Assembly: GCA_016867375.1 (NCBI GenBank)
Contig: VGJQ01000002.1
Coordinates: 368 to 64,367 of the forward strand
Direction: 5' to 3'
Origin: Candidatus Kaiserbacteria bacterium
GTDB taxonomy: Bacteria; Patescibacteriota; Minisyncoccia; Phycocordibacterales; UBA2100
Length of the DNA: 64,000 nt
Shown: positions 19,294 through 28,198 of the stretch, piece by piece
How the letters are laid out: each line of letters begins with the position of its first letter
How positions within the stretch are numbered: position 1 is the stretch's first letter
Program-made: the position numbers and the translations under genes
Notes under the pieces: generated by a model
The model's database searches: none
What the model saw: the letters and a program-made list of their open reading frames with translations, nothing else
What the model was told of the DNA's origin: nothing

Positions 19294-19362
19294 GCCGATG
19301 TAGCTCAGTTGGTACCCGCCCGAACGTACCGTTCGGTACGGGCGGGGAGCAACTCCAGGTAA
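19294..19362 (+). pseudogene. 5' half of an intronless tRNA-Thr(GGT) with a 32-bp hairpin inserted in the D arm
   Basis: Matches 19374-19409 apart from the insert at 19315-19346 and one missing T. Confidence 0.75.
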
Positions 19363-19373
19363 TCAGAAAGTTA

Positions 19374-19655
19374 GCCGATGTAGCTCAGTTGGTAGAGCAA
19401 CTCCATGGTGGATCGCAGCAATCCCGCCCACTGGATCGGTAACGATGCAGTGAATCCCGAATAACGGTTAAAGACCTTGCATAGGTTCAGACCGTAGCGC
19501 TCAAAAAGCGCTCGAACGACTGACAAGGGCCAGGTAAGATGGCGGCAACGCTTATCTCACGTGGAAGATACAGTCTAGCCCTCCCGAATAATGCAATAGA
19601 GAAGGGGAGGTGGAAGCGAAGGAGTAGGTCTCCGGTTCAAATCCGGACATCGGCT
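19374..19655 (+). tRNA. tRNA-Thr(GGT); exons 19374-19409 and 19619-19655
   Basis: Spliced sequence folds as GCCGATG/CATCGGC, ACTCC-ATGGTAA-GGAGT, TCCGG-TTCAAAT-CCGGA. Confidence 0.9.
19410..19618 (+). ncRNA. group I intron (209 nt) at tRNA position 36/37
   Basis: Exon ends in U and intron ends in G; R-like AACGACTGA and S-like AAGATACAGTCT form P7; plausible P1 with a U-G pair. Confidence 0.82.
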
Positions 19656-19682
19656 CAAGCGGGTATACCCGTGTACGTGTAG

Positions 19683-19755
19683 GCCGACTTAGCTCAGCTG
19701 GTAGAGCAACCGCTTCGTAAGCGGTAGGTCCGGAGTTCGAATCTCCGAGTCGGCT
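19683..19755 (+). tRNA. tRNA-Thr(CGT)
   Basis: GCCGACT/AGTCGGC, ACCGC-TTCGTAA-GCGGT, CGGAG-TTCGAAT-CTCCG. Confidence 0.95.
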
Positions 19756-19884
19756 CCGAAAGAATGGGTACCATATGGGCACCATGTGTCACGAATTCCC
19801 CCTCAAAATATCCCGTAAAATCAGGTATTGTTTTCCACAAGCCTATGACAGGACAGATGTCGGAGGTATACTACCTATATCTAT

Positions 19885-20232
19885 ATGGCAAGCACAGAAG
19901 AAGGAGCGCGTATTGCCGAGATCGGCGCAAAGATTGAAGCATGCGCGCACCTCATCACCACCGAAGAGTTCGAGTGTATCGTCAACGAATACGAGCTTTT
20001 GACACTGCGACGACATACGTATGAGATCGCGCTTGAGGTAGACGCGCGCCTCCTCACTGAGGAGAAGCGTAAAGAATACGAGAGCAAAATCGCGTACTGG
20101 TTGGAGAGAATTGCGGCGGTTGAAGAAAAAATACAAAAATGGCGCGCTGTGATCGACGGATGCCACTCCAAGCTCGAAGCGACTCGTGCCACTTACGAGG
20201 TGATGCGCGCCGAGTTTGAAAAGGTGAAATAA
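19885..20232 (+). CDS. coiled-coil hypothetical protein
   Basis: 115-aa E/K/R-rich helical ORF. Confidence 0.6.
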   Translation: MASTEEGARIAEIGAKIEACAHLITTEEFECIVNEYELLTLRRHTYEIALEVDARLLTEEKRKEYESKIAYWLERIAAVEEKIQKWRAVIDGCHSKLEATRATYEVMRAEFEKVK

Positions 20233-20266
20233 ATGCTTTTTTATTGCCTTTGTGTATAATGAAGCC

Positions 20267-20461
20267 ATGGAAGTGCTTGATACACAATTGCAAAAGAAGG
20301 TGCGAGCAGCCTCAAAGAAGCTTGGCATGGACGAGCAAGAGTTGGTCAATCATGCTGTCTCTCAATACCTCCACATGATGGAGGGTGCTAAGCAGCTTAA
20401 GCAAGAATTACGCATGTGGGATGTTCTCGCTGCCAAATCCATGCGCGCGCATGGATTCTAG
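20267..20461 (+). CDS. small antitoxin-like protein
   Basis: RHH-like pattern; immediately precedes a PemK-like start. Confidence 0.55.
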   Translation: MEVLDTQLQKKVRAASKKLGMDEQELVNHAVSQYLHMMEGAKQLKQELRMWDVLAAKSMRAHGF

Positions 20462-20464
20462 GTT

Positions 20465-20515
20465 ATGAAAGCGGGGGAAGTCTGGATCGTGCATCATTGC
20501 TTGCAAAGAAAATAG
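20465..20515 (+). pseudogene. truncated PemK/MazF-like toxin start
   Basis: MKAGEVWIV resembles the PemK N-terminus (M.RGE.W.V); stops after 16 aa. Confidence 0.4.
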
Positions 20516-20583
20516 GCGTGCTCGATGCAAAAGACTTGCGGGCGATTCGCGTGCAGGCAAGGAAACTTATCGGATAATTTTAT

Positions 20584-21486
20584 ATGATGGCAAGTAAGGA
20601 GGAGATACAGGCGCGGATGAAGGAGATCGAGGGGCTCATGGGAGACCCGTCTTTTTGGAATGATAAAGGTGCTGCGCAGGCCGCCCTCAAGGAGTATCAG
20701 GACTTGAAGGCGGCACTTGAAGGTGTCGGTCAATATGACAAGAGCGATGCGATCGTCAGTATCGTCTCGGGTGCCGGTGGCGACGATGCGGAAGATTTCT
20801 CACGCATGCTCTTTTCCATGTATCAAAAATACTGCGCGTCATGCGGCTGGAAGACGGCCCTCCTCGACTCCAACGAAAATTCGATGGGCGGCTTTCGCAG
20901 TATTTCTTTCGATGTGATCGGTAGCGGCTCCTATGGTGCGCTGAAAGCTGAGGCGGGCGTGCATCGCCTCGTGCGTATGTCGCCTTTCAATAGCGCCGGC
21001 AAGCGCCAGACCAGCTTTTCGCTCGTAGAAGTCTTGCCCAAGCTTCCGGATGCGGGCGATTTGCACATACCCGAGACCGATCTCGACATATCATTTGCAC
21101 GCTCGGGCGGTCCCGGAGGGCAAAATGTCAACAAGCGCGACACAGCCGTGCATGCCACGCACACGCCGACCGGCCTGCATGTGCACGTCACGAGCGAGCG
21201 CAGCCAGGCTCAAAATAAGGAGAAGGCGATCGAAATGCTGCGTGGCAAGCTCTTCCATATGCGCGAAGAAGCCGCCAAGGCAGAAGCGCGCGGCCTCGCC
21301 GTCGCCTCGACGCAGAAGATTGAGTGGGGAAGCCAGATCCGTTCGTATGTGCTGCACCCGTACCAGCTTGTCAAAGATCATCGCACCAACTATGAACGGC
21401 ATGATGTGGAAAGAGTCCTTGAGGGCGACATACAGGCGTTTATCGACGCCGAAAAGGACTTTGAATCGGGAAAAACTACGGTATAA
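20584..21486 (+). CDS. prfB: peptide chain release factor 2 (N-terminally short)
   Basis: GVHRLVRMSPF (SPF), GGPGGQNVNK (GGQ), WGSQIRSYVLHPY. Confidence 0.92.
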   Translation: MMASKEEIQARMKEIEGLMGDPSFWNDKGAAQAALKEYQDLKAALEGVGQYDKSDAIVSIVSGAGGDDAEDFSRMLFSMYQKYCASCGWKTALLDSNENSMGGFRSISFDVIGSGSYGALKAEAGVHRLVRMSPFNSAGKRQTSFSLVEVLPKLPDAGDLHIPETDLDISFARSGGPGGQNVNKRDTAVHATHTPTGLHVHVTSERSQAQNKEKAIEMLRGKLFHMREEAAKAEARGLAVASTQKIEWGSQIRSYVLHPYQLVKDHRTNYERHDVERVLEGDIQAFIDAEKDFESGKTTV

Positions 21487-21503
21487 TTGGACCCGTTGCC
21501 GGT

Positions 21504-22187
21504 ATGATCTATTTCGACAAAGTCACCAAAGTCTATTTCGAAGGCGCGCTTCCCGCCGTCGAAGACATCACTCTCACTATCGATCCCGGCGAATTCGTCT
21601 CCATCGTGGGGCATTCCGGGGCCGGCAAGACCACACTGCTGAAAATGCTCTTCGCCGAAGTCGAGCCGACCGTCGGCACCGTGTATTTCGGCTCGCGTGA
21701 GATACCGCGCCTCTCGGGAAAGGAGCTCCTCCATCTGCGCCGCAATATCGGCACGGTATTCCAGGATTTCCGCCTCCTCTCCACCAAAAATGTCTACGAA
21801 AATATCGCCTTTGCGCTCGAAGTCGCGGGCAAAAGCGATGAAGATATCCAGGCAGACGTGCCGCATGTGCTTGATCTCGTCGGCCTTTCCGACAAGATTT
21901 GGAATTTCCCTCGCGAGCTCTCCGGCGGGGAGCAGCAGCGCGTCGCGATCGCCCGGGCGATCGTCAATCAGCCCGAAGTCCTCATCGCCGACGAACCGAC
22001 CGGCAATCTCGATCCGATCAATGCACACGACGTCGTCGAGATCTTAAAGAAGATCAACGACCTCGGTACGACCGTGCTTCTCACCACGCACAATAAGTCA
22101 ATCGTGGATGCCGTTGGTCGACGTGTCGTGACGATGGACCAGGGTAAGATCGTACGGGATGACAAGCAGGGCAAATACGTACTATAG
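21504..22187 (+). CDS. ftsE: cell division ATP-binding protein
   Basis: GHSGAGKTT, VFQDFRLL, LSGGEQQRV, ADEPTGNLDP. Confidence 0.92.
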   Translation: MIYFDKVTKVYFEGALPAVEDITLTIDPGEFVSIVGHSGAGKTTLLKMLFAEVEPTVGTVYFGSREIPRLSGKELLHLRRNIGTVFQDFRLLSTKNVYENIAFALEVAGKSDEDIQADVPHVLDLVGLSDKIWNFPRELSGGEQQRVAIARAIVNQPEVLIADEPTGNLDPINAHDVVEILKKINDLGTTVLLTTHNKSIVDAVGRRVVTMDQGKIVRDDKQGKYVL

Positions 22188-22285
22188 GATTCAAAATATA
22201 AAACTAAAAACATGAAAAATCTGAACATTATGAACAAGACCTACATTCTTTAATTTTACGTTTTTGATTTATTATTTATCTGTAT

Positions 22286-23215
22286 ATGTCTTTCTGGCTT
22301 ACCACAAAAAGAGTCGCGCGATACGGATTGATCGGCTTCATCCGCAACGGCTTCATCTCGCTCTCGGCCATTCTCATCATGACGATCACCCTCTTCGTCA
22401 TCTCCATCCTCATGATCTCCAGTGCGGCACTCAAGAGTGTCTTGGCCGATCTCACGAGCAAGGTCGACGTCACCGTTTACTTCACCACCGATGCCTCGCA
22501 AGATCAGATAGATCAGATTCGTCAGTCAGTCGAAGCGTTGCCAGAAGTCGCGGGTGTCTCCTATATATCGCGTGATGATGCGCTCGCACGCTTCCAGGAG
22601 CGCCACAAGAACGACCAGCTCACCATGCAAGCCCTCCAAGGGCTCGGCGAAAATCCGCTCGGCGCATCGCTCGAGATCCGCGCCAAGGAGACCTCGCAAT
22701 ACGAGACGATCGCGCGATTCCTCGACGCGCAGCAGGCCAGTGGTGCGGGGAGCGGCAGTGCGATCGATAAGGTCAACTTCGCTCAAAACAAGACGACGAT
22801 CGATCGACTCACCAATATTATCCAGACTTCACGTACGCTCGGTGTCGCGATCGCGATCATCCTCGGTCTCGCATCCATACTCATCGTCTTCAATACCATC
22901 CGACTCGCTATCTATACTTCGCGTGAAGAGATCGGTGTGATGAATCTTGTCGGTGCCAATCCGTGGTATGTGCGCGGGCCCTTCATGATCACGGGTGTCC
23001 TCTATGGCCTCGTGAGTGCGGTGCTCGTCCTCGTCATACTCTACCCACTCACCGCATGGCTCGGGCCCACCTCGGAGCGCTTCTTCGGCACATTCAATGT
23101 CCTCAGCTATTACACAGGCTCGTTTGCCGTGCTCTTTTTCACCATACTCATATCAGGTGTCGCACTCGGCGCACTCTCAAGTTATTTGGCAGTCAGTCGG
23201 TATTTAAATACATAA
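22286..23215 (+). CDS. ftsX: cell division permease
   Basis: 4 TM; NPL, NTIRLAI..REEI.VM.LVGA...VRGPF; follows ftsE. Confidence 0.9.
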   Translation: MSFWLTTKRVARYGLIGFIRNGFISLSAILIMTITLFVISILMISSAALKSVLADLTSKVDVTVYFTTDASQDQIDQIRQSVEALPEVAGVSYISRDDALARFQERHKNDQLTMQALQGLGENPLGASLEIRAKETSQYETIARFLDAQQASGAGSGSAIDKVNFAQNKTTIDRLTNIIQTSRTLGVAIAIILGLASILIVFNTIRLAIYTSREEIGVMNLVGANPWYVRGPFMITGVLYGLVSAVLVLVILYPLTAWLGPTSERFFGTFNVLSYYTGSFAVLFFTILISGVALGALSSYLAVSRYLNT

Positions 23216-23220
23216 GTAGT

Positions 23221-25002
23221 ATGACAGAAGCGGGGCAAGGCAACGTGCGAGGCGTTACATCGGATGCAGTTCAAGGCGCGCCAACAAAATCTTCTGAGCC
23301 ATACAAAACGTATGGTGAAGAAGATTTTGTGCAGCGCAACGCAGAAATGCGCCGATTTAACGCCTCGCACAAATACATTTTCGTGGTTGGCGGGGTAATG
23401 TCGGGCGTCGGTAAGGGCATCGTCACCTCATCGCTCGGCAAGATCCTCTCGGCACGCGGCCTCAAGGTCAATCTCATGAAGATTGACCCATATCTCAACG
23501 TCGACGCGGGTACGATGAATCCGACGGAGCATGGCGAAGTCTTCGTGCTCGACAGCGGCCTCGAGACCGATCAGGACATGGGCAACTACGAGCGTTTCCT
23601 CAATCGTGATCTCGGACCCGAAGACTACATGACGAGTGGTATGGTCTACAAGACCGTGATCGATCGTGAACGCAATCTTGGCTATGGCGGCAAGTGCGTC
23701 GAAGCGGTCCCGCATGTGCGCGACGAGATTGTCGATCGTTTCGAGCGTGCGGCGAAAGCGTCTGACTCAGACATTACCGTCGTCGAGATCGGCGGCACGG
23801 TCGGCGATTTCCAAAATGCGCTCTATATCGACGCGGCGCGCGTGATGCATATGCGCCATCGGAACGATGTCGTATTTATCATGGTCTCGTACCTGCCGGT
23901 CCCGGGCGCTTTGGGAGAGATGAAGACACGTCCGACACAGCATGCGGTCACGGCACTCAATAGCTATGGCGTGCAGCCGGATTTCATCGTCGCACGCTCC
24001 ACACATGCACTTGATCAAAAACGCAAAGACAAGCTCTCCGTCTCGTGCAATGTCTTACCTGAGCACGTGATTTCCGCGCCTGATGTAAAGAGTGTCTACG
24101 ATGTCCCGCTTAATCTCGAGCGCGACAATCTCTCAGGACTCATCTTGAAAGCGCTCGGTATGGAAACCACACAACAGACCGATCTTAAGGAATGGGAGAC
24201 ATTTGCCGCCCATGCACACAATGGCCAGCAGACGGTCAAGATCGGCATCGTGGGCAAGTATTTCGACACCGGCGACTTCGTCCTTTCCGACGCGTATCTC
24301 TCGGTCATTGAAGCGATCAAGTATTCCGCATACCACCAAGACGTGAAGCCGGAAATCGAATGGCTCAACGCCAAAGACTACGAGAAAGATCCGACCAAGG
24401 TCTCCGAGCTTGCCGGCTACGACGGTATCATTGTGCCGGGAGGATTTGGCGAGACGGGTATAGAGGGCAAGATCAACGCGATCCAGTATTGTCGCGAGAA
24501 TAAGATTCCGTATTTTGGCCTCTGTTACGGCATGCAGCTCATGACGGTCGAATACGCGCGCCACGTGGCCGGTATCGAAGGGGCTCATACCACCGAGATC
24601 AAAGTCGACACCAAAGATCCGGTGATCATGATATTGCCCGAGCAGATCGAAAAGATGGCCAAGAAAGACTACGGCGGCTCGATGCGCCTGGGTGCCTATC
24701 CGTGTGCTCTCAAAGAGGGGACGATTGCGCGGGAAGCATACGGCGTGGAGAGTATCTCTGAGCGTCATCGCCATCGATATGAGGTCAATCCCTCCTATGT
24801 CGCCAAGCTCGAGGGTGCAGGACTCGTCTTCTCCGGCACCTCGCCCGACAAACATCTGATGGAGATTGCCGAGCTGCCACGCGACAAGCATCCCTTCATG
24901 CTCGGGACCCAATTCCACCCGGAGCTCAAAGCGCGCCCGCTTTCGCCGCATCCGCTTTTCACGGCATTCATAAAGGCATCACTTGCTCGTAAGGGGACAT
25001 GA
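23221..25002 (+). CDS. pyrG: CTP synthase
   Basis: GGVMSGVGKG, KIDPYLNVDAGTMNP, GLCYGMQ, RHRHRYE, QFHPE; start at 23221 or 23347. Confidence 0.95.
   Translation: MTEAGQGNVRGVTSDAVQGAPTKSSEPYKTYGEEDFVQRNAEMRRFNASHKYIFVVGGVMSGVGKGIVTSSLGKILSARGLKVNLMKIDPYLNVDAGTMNPTEHGEVFVLDSGLETDQDMGNYERFLNRDLGPEDYMTSGMVYKTVIDRERNLGYGGKCVEAVPHVRDEIVDRFERAAKASDSDITVVEIGGTVGDFQNALYIDAARVMHMRHRNDVVFIMVSYLPVPGALGEMKTRPTQHAVTALNSYGVQPDFIVARSTHALDQKRKDKLSVSCNVLPEHVISAPDVKSVYDVPLNLERDNLSGLILKALGMETTQQTDLKEWETFAAHAHNGQQTVKIGIVGKYFDTGDFVLSDAYLSVIEAIKYSAYHQDVKPEIEWLNAKDYEKDPTKVSELAGYDGIIVPGGFGETGIEGKINAIQYCRENKIPYFGLCYGMQLMTVEYARHVAGIEGAHTTEIKVDTKDPVIMILPEQIEKMAKKDYGGSMRLGAYPCALKEGTIAREAYGVESISERHRHRYEVNPSYVAKLEGAGLVFSGTSPDKHLMEIAELPRDKHPFMLGTQFHPELKARPLSPHPLFTAFIKASLARKGT
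23245..23370. mobile_element. 126-bp nested-hairpin element in frame in the pyrG 5' end
   Basis: Perfect 13-bp TIR GTGCGAGGCGTTA/TAACGCCTCGCAC with inner 12-bp and 6-bp stems. Confidence 0.8.
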
Positions 25003-25751
25003 GTTTGAAATTGGCGAGTATCAATATCGAGCGATCAAAACACCTCGATCGTGTCATTCCCTTTTTACAGCGCTACGATCCGGATGTGATATGCGTTCAA
25101 GAGTTGCTTGAGCGTGATATCCCTTTGTTTGAAGAGATATTTGGTGTGAAATGCATTTTCGGCCCATCAGGATTTCATTCCGCAGATGAGCCGGAGACAG
25201 AATCGGTCATGGTGGGCACAGCGCTTCTCTCGCGCCTCCCCATACGCTCGCAGAAGATCGAATACTATACCGGGAGCGAAGCGCAGGCTCGCTCCAATGA
25301 ACCGCAAGAAATACTTACCAACTCAAAACTCATCATATGCGATCTCGAAAAAGACGACACTTTATTTCGTATTGCCACGACGCATTTCACCTGGTCTCCC
25401 CGTGGAATGGCGACGGATGAGCAGCGGACAAACATGCGTCATCTGATCGATATACTCGGGGCGATGGGGGAGTTTGTTTTGTGCGGGGATTTTAATGCGC
25501 CGCGCGGAGGAGAGATATTTGCGATGCTTACTGACGTGTACAAAGACAATATACCACCACAGTATGCGACGAGCATCGACATCGATCTGCATCGCGCCGG
25601 ACGCACGCGCCCGCAGGAGCTTGCCGACAAGATGGTGGACGGCCTCTTCTCGACCCCCGGCTATGAGGTGGCAGATGTGCAGCTCATATCGGGTGTATCG
25701 GACCACTGCGCGGTCACGACGACGATCTCGCGCAGGAGGTTGACATCCTAG
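24999..25751 (+). CDS. endonuclease/exonuclease/phosphatase (EEP) family protein
   Basis: S.NI, DVICVQE, TH, GDFN and SDH motifs. Confidence 0.88.
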   Translation: MSLKLASINIERSKHLDRVIPFLQRYDPDVICVQELLERDIPLFEEIFGVKCIFGPSGFHSADEPETESVMVGTALLSRLPIRSQKIEYYTGSEAQARSNEPQEILTNSKLIICDLEKDDTLFRIATTHFTWSPRGMATDEQRTNMRHLIDILGAMGEFVLCGDFNAPRGGEIFAMLTDVYKDNIPPQYATSIDIDLHRAGRTRPQELADKMVDGLFSTPGYEVADVQLISGVSDHCAVTTTISRRRLTS

Positions 25752-25846
25752 TGACAGTATATTAGTATGCCTCCCAGTCCGCAGGCTATGCTTGCGGAGA
25801 AGGAGAATCGCTCATGGGGGCGATTCATTGAGGTAAGGAAAAACGA

Positions 25847-26392
25847 ATGTTGACGATTCTCGCATGGGGCACCTTTTTCGCCGGCCTTGCTGGCGCAGTC
25901 GCCATCTATGGACTCTTTCGTCCGAAGGGGTTCGAGAAGCTCGGGCCTTATGGTCTGATCCTGGAAGACTGGTTTTCGAGTCCTCCTGCATTGCTCCGGT
26001 CGGCGGCATGGCTCGGCGTGTTTGCGTTCGTCTTCTATCACGTCAGTCCGCTCGTCGCCATTGGCATCCTTGCGCTCTGGGCGCGGCGCTTTCCCCGGCA
26101 CTTCGATGCCTTTGCTGATGCATGGCTCGCGATGATCGGTCTTGCGAAGCAGATTCCGTGGCGCGTGACGCCCGTGGTCGAATGGCTCAAGGGAAACTAC
26201 GTCTACGAGCTCCAGTGGACCTACGCTGCCGACATCATCGCGGCGTTCGCGATCTGGTTTGGCGTCCTGGTCTTCGTCGGACTCAACTTCTCGTTGAGTC
26301 TGGTGCTCGTCGGCGCGGTCATCGCAGCGTGGGCCTACGTCAAGCACGTGGGCTATGATCGTCTGATCATGAAGGCGCTCGGCGCATTCTGA
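25847..26392 (+). CDS. hypothetical multi-TM protein
   Basis: Hydrophobic 181-aa ORF, AAGGA RBS, terminator at about 26408-26433. Confidence 0.7.
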   Translation: MLTILAWGTFFAGLAGAVAIYGLFRPKGFEKLGPYGLILEDWFSSPPALLRSAAWLGVFAFVFYHVSPLVAIGILALWARRFPRHFDAFADAWLAMIGLAKQIPWRVTPVVEWLKGNYVYELQWTYAADIIAAFAIWFGVLVFVGLNFSLSLVLVGAVIAAWAYVKHVGYDRLIMKALGAF

Positions 26393-26483
26393 TCAACGAA
26401 ATAAAAAGAGGCGGTCTCTGCGAGACCGCCTCGATTTTTTTATCTGTATCCTATCGCGACACCACAGGGTATTCCGACAAAAA

Positions 26484-26521
26484 ATATGCTATCTCTACGC
26501 TATAGCGTATAGATAGCATAA
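26484..26521. repeat. 38-bp tripartite palindrome (solo copy)
   Basis: ATATGCTAT-CTCTAC-GCTATAGC-GTATAG-ATAGCATAA. Confidence 0.85.
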
Positions 26522-26599
26522 GATTTTTCACCGACATAAAGCATAAAAATACCCGGCACATCGCTGTGCCGGGTTTTCTTTTGTGTCGAGAATCGGCGA

Positions 26600-27082
26600 T
26601 TAGGCCGATTTCACCTTTTCCTTGCTGACCTTGAACCAGCCGAAGATGGTTCGGAAGAATTCCGGATCCTGGCGCCACAGGTAGTAAGCGATCAACATGA
26701 TCAGAGCGAGATCCACGAGTGGTTTCATCCAAACGAAGATGCCGAATCCGAAAGCCATGGTAAGCACACCGACCGTTCGCATATGCTTCCATACAGCGAA
26801 ATTCCATTCGCCGAGGAAGTCGAAGAAGTCCGGCGCAAAGGTCGCCAAGACGATACCTGCGCCGATGACGGCAGGGAAGAGTCCGGTGCGGAACTCAAGC
26901 ACTATCATCGCGAGCACGTAGATCGCTGGCAGGAGCCAGGGCGGATTCATCCGCGTGACCCATTCCGTGTTGCGGAAAGGGTTGGTCATGCCGACCCAGG
27001 TGACCGGATCGAAAGTCTGCGGCCATTTAAAGCCGACGAACATGACAGCTCCCAGAAAGAGCGCGATTTCGACGAGAAACAT
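26600..27082 (-). CDS. hypothetical multi-TM protein
   Basis: AGGAGAGG RBS before ATG 27082; hydrophobic; terminator at about 26547-26577. Confidence 0.7.
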   Translation of the reverse strand: MFLVEIALFLGAVMFVGFKWPQTFDPVTWVGMTNPFRNTEWVTRMNPPWLLPAIYVLAMIVLEFRTGLFPAVIGAGIVLATFAPDFFDFLGEWNFAVWKHMRTVGVLTMAFGFGIFVWMKPLVDLALIMLIAYYLWRQDPEFFRTIFGWFKVSKEKVKSA

Positions 27083-27386
27083 AGTTCCTCTCCTGTTAAG
27101 AATGTTAAGAACGCATTGCCAGAGTCCGGATGGGTATGGCAGGTGGTAGGGGTATGGGTGATGCCCAGCGGACCGACGATATGTATAACGCGTGGTCGCG
27201 TGGAAGTCAATACTCGACATTTGGATGCGCACAAGATTGCGCAAGATTCACTAGTACAGGTATATGTTCATTGTAGCGCAGAGATCGTTTTGTGCGCCAC
27301 CAGGTATGGAGAGACTCTTATGAATTGACAATCAAGCACAACAAGATACCCTGGAAGAGTAGTCACTGTCGACTACGTGTTCCTAA

Positions 27387-27434
27387 GGCTCACTTCTGTA
27401 CAAATGACTTCTAGTCATTTGTACAAGTGTGCAC
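27387..27434. mobile_element. stand-alone module C hairpin
   Basis: Bounded by TAA...TTA; three compensatory base-pair changes relative to the nested copies. Confidence 0.8.
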
Positions 27435-27463
27435 TTACTTATGGGAAGAGTTGGAGTAAAAAG

Positions 27464-28018
27464 ATGCGGAGTAGATTCCTGGCACTCGTGTGCATACTCA
27501 GTCTCGCGGTCATCACGTGGCCCGGAGGCGCTGCGGCGCAGTACTTTGGCCCGTACGGGCCTTACGGTCCCTATGGTCCGTATGATCACGGACCTCCTCA
27601 GGGATACGGACACCATGGTCCGCCGGCGGGTTTTCGCGAGCCTCCTTCGTGTCGCGTCCAGAATGGCGTCGACTATGGTGGTAGGTGGGAAGCTTGCACC
27701 GCGGCGGTCGAAAGAGCAAATCGGAACAATCGTTTGGATCGTGTTAACTATGAATGCGATTCATTTTGCACACTGAGACTTGGTGGACGTAATGTGTGCG
27801 TGACGCCGGATGCGCGCTTCGGGTTTCATGGCATATCCTATGGCGGCCCGTATAGCCAGAATATTAACCCGCGAGGGAATGCGATGTTCTTGCGTCGCTT
27901 GCCCTGGCAGATCCAAGCGTGGGTGCTGAGTCATGATGCGCTCGCTTCCAAAAGGATGACGTATATGTCTGGCAGTGAGGCAATCGCACTCGGCATCCGC
28001 CAGTGTCCGGGTAGCTGA
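27464..28018 (+). CDS. secreted hypothetical protein with GPY repeats and a C.S.CT...CV...A.FGFH domain
   Basis: Signal peptide, (GPY)x4, Cys-containing C-terminal domain. Confidence 0.65.
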   Translation: MRSRFLALVCILSLAVITWPGGAAAQYFGPYGPYGPYGPYDHGPPQGYGHHGPPAGFREPPSCRVQNGVDYGGRWEACTAAVERANRNNRLDRVNYECDSFCTLRLGGRNVCVTPDARFGFHGISYGGPYSQNINPRGNAMFLRRLPWQIQAWVLSHDALASKRMTYMSGSEAIALGIRQCPGS

Positions 28019-28198
28019 TCTTTCCATATCATGACGAAAAAAGCCGGCTCATACGCATGAGCCGGCTTTTTCTACGGGGAGCCGAATACCCCGCAGCTCT
28101 GCTGTGGAGTAGGAGACGAGTAGATGAAAAGCATCGGTGGGCACTTCCGCAAATCGACATCCATATATACACGATAGGGCAACGCGTGTTCTTCTGCT

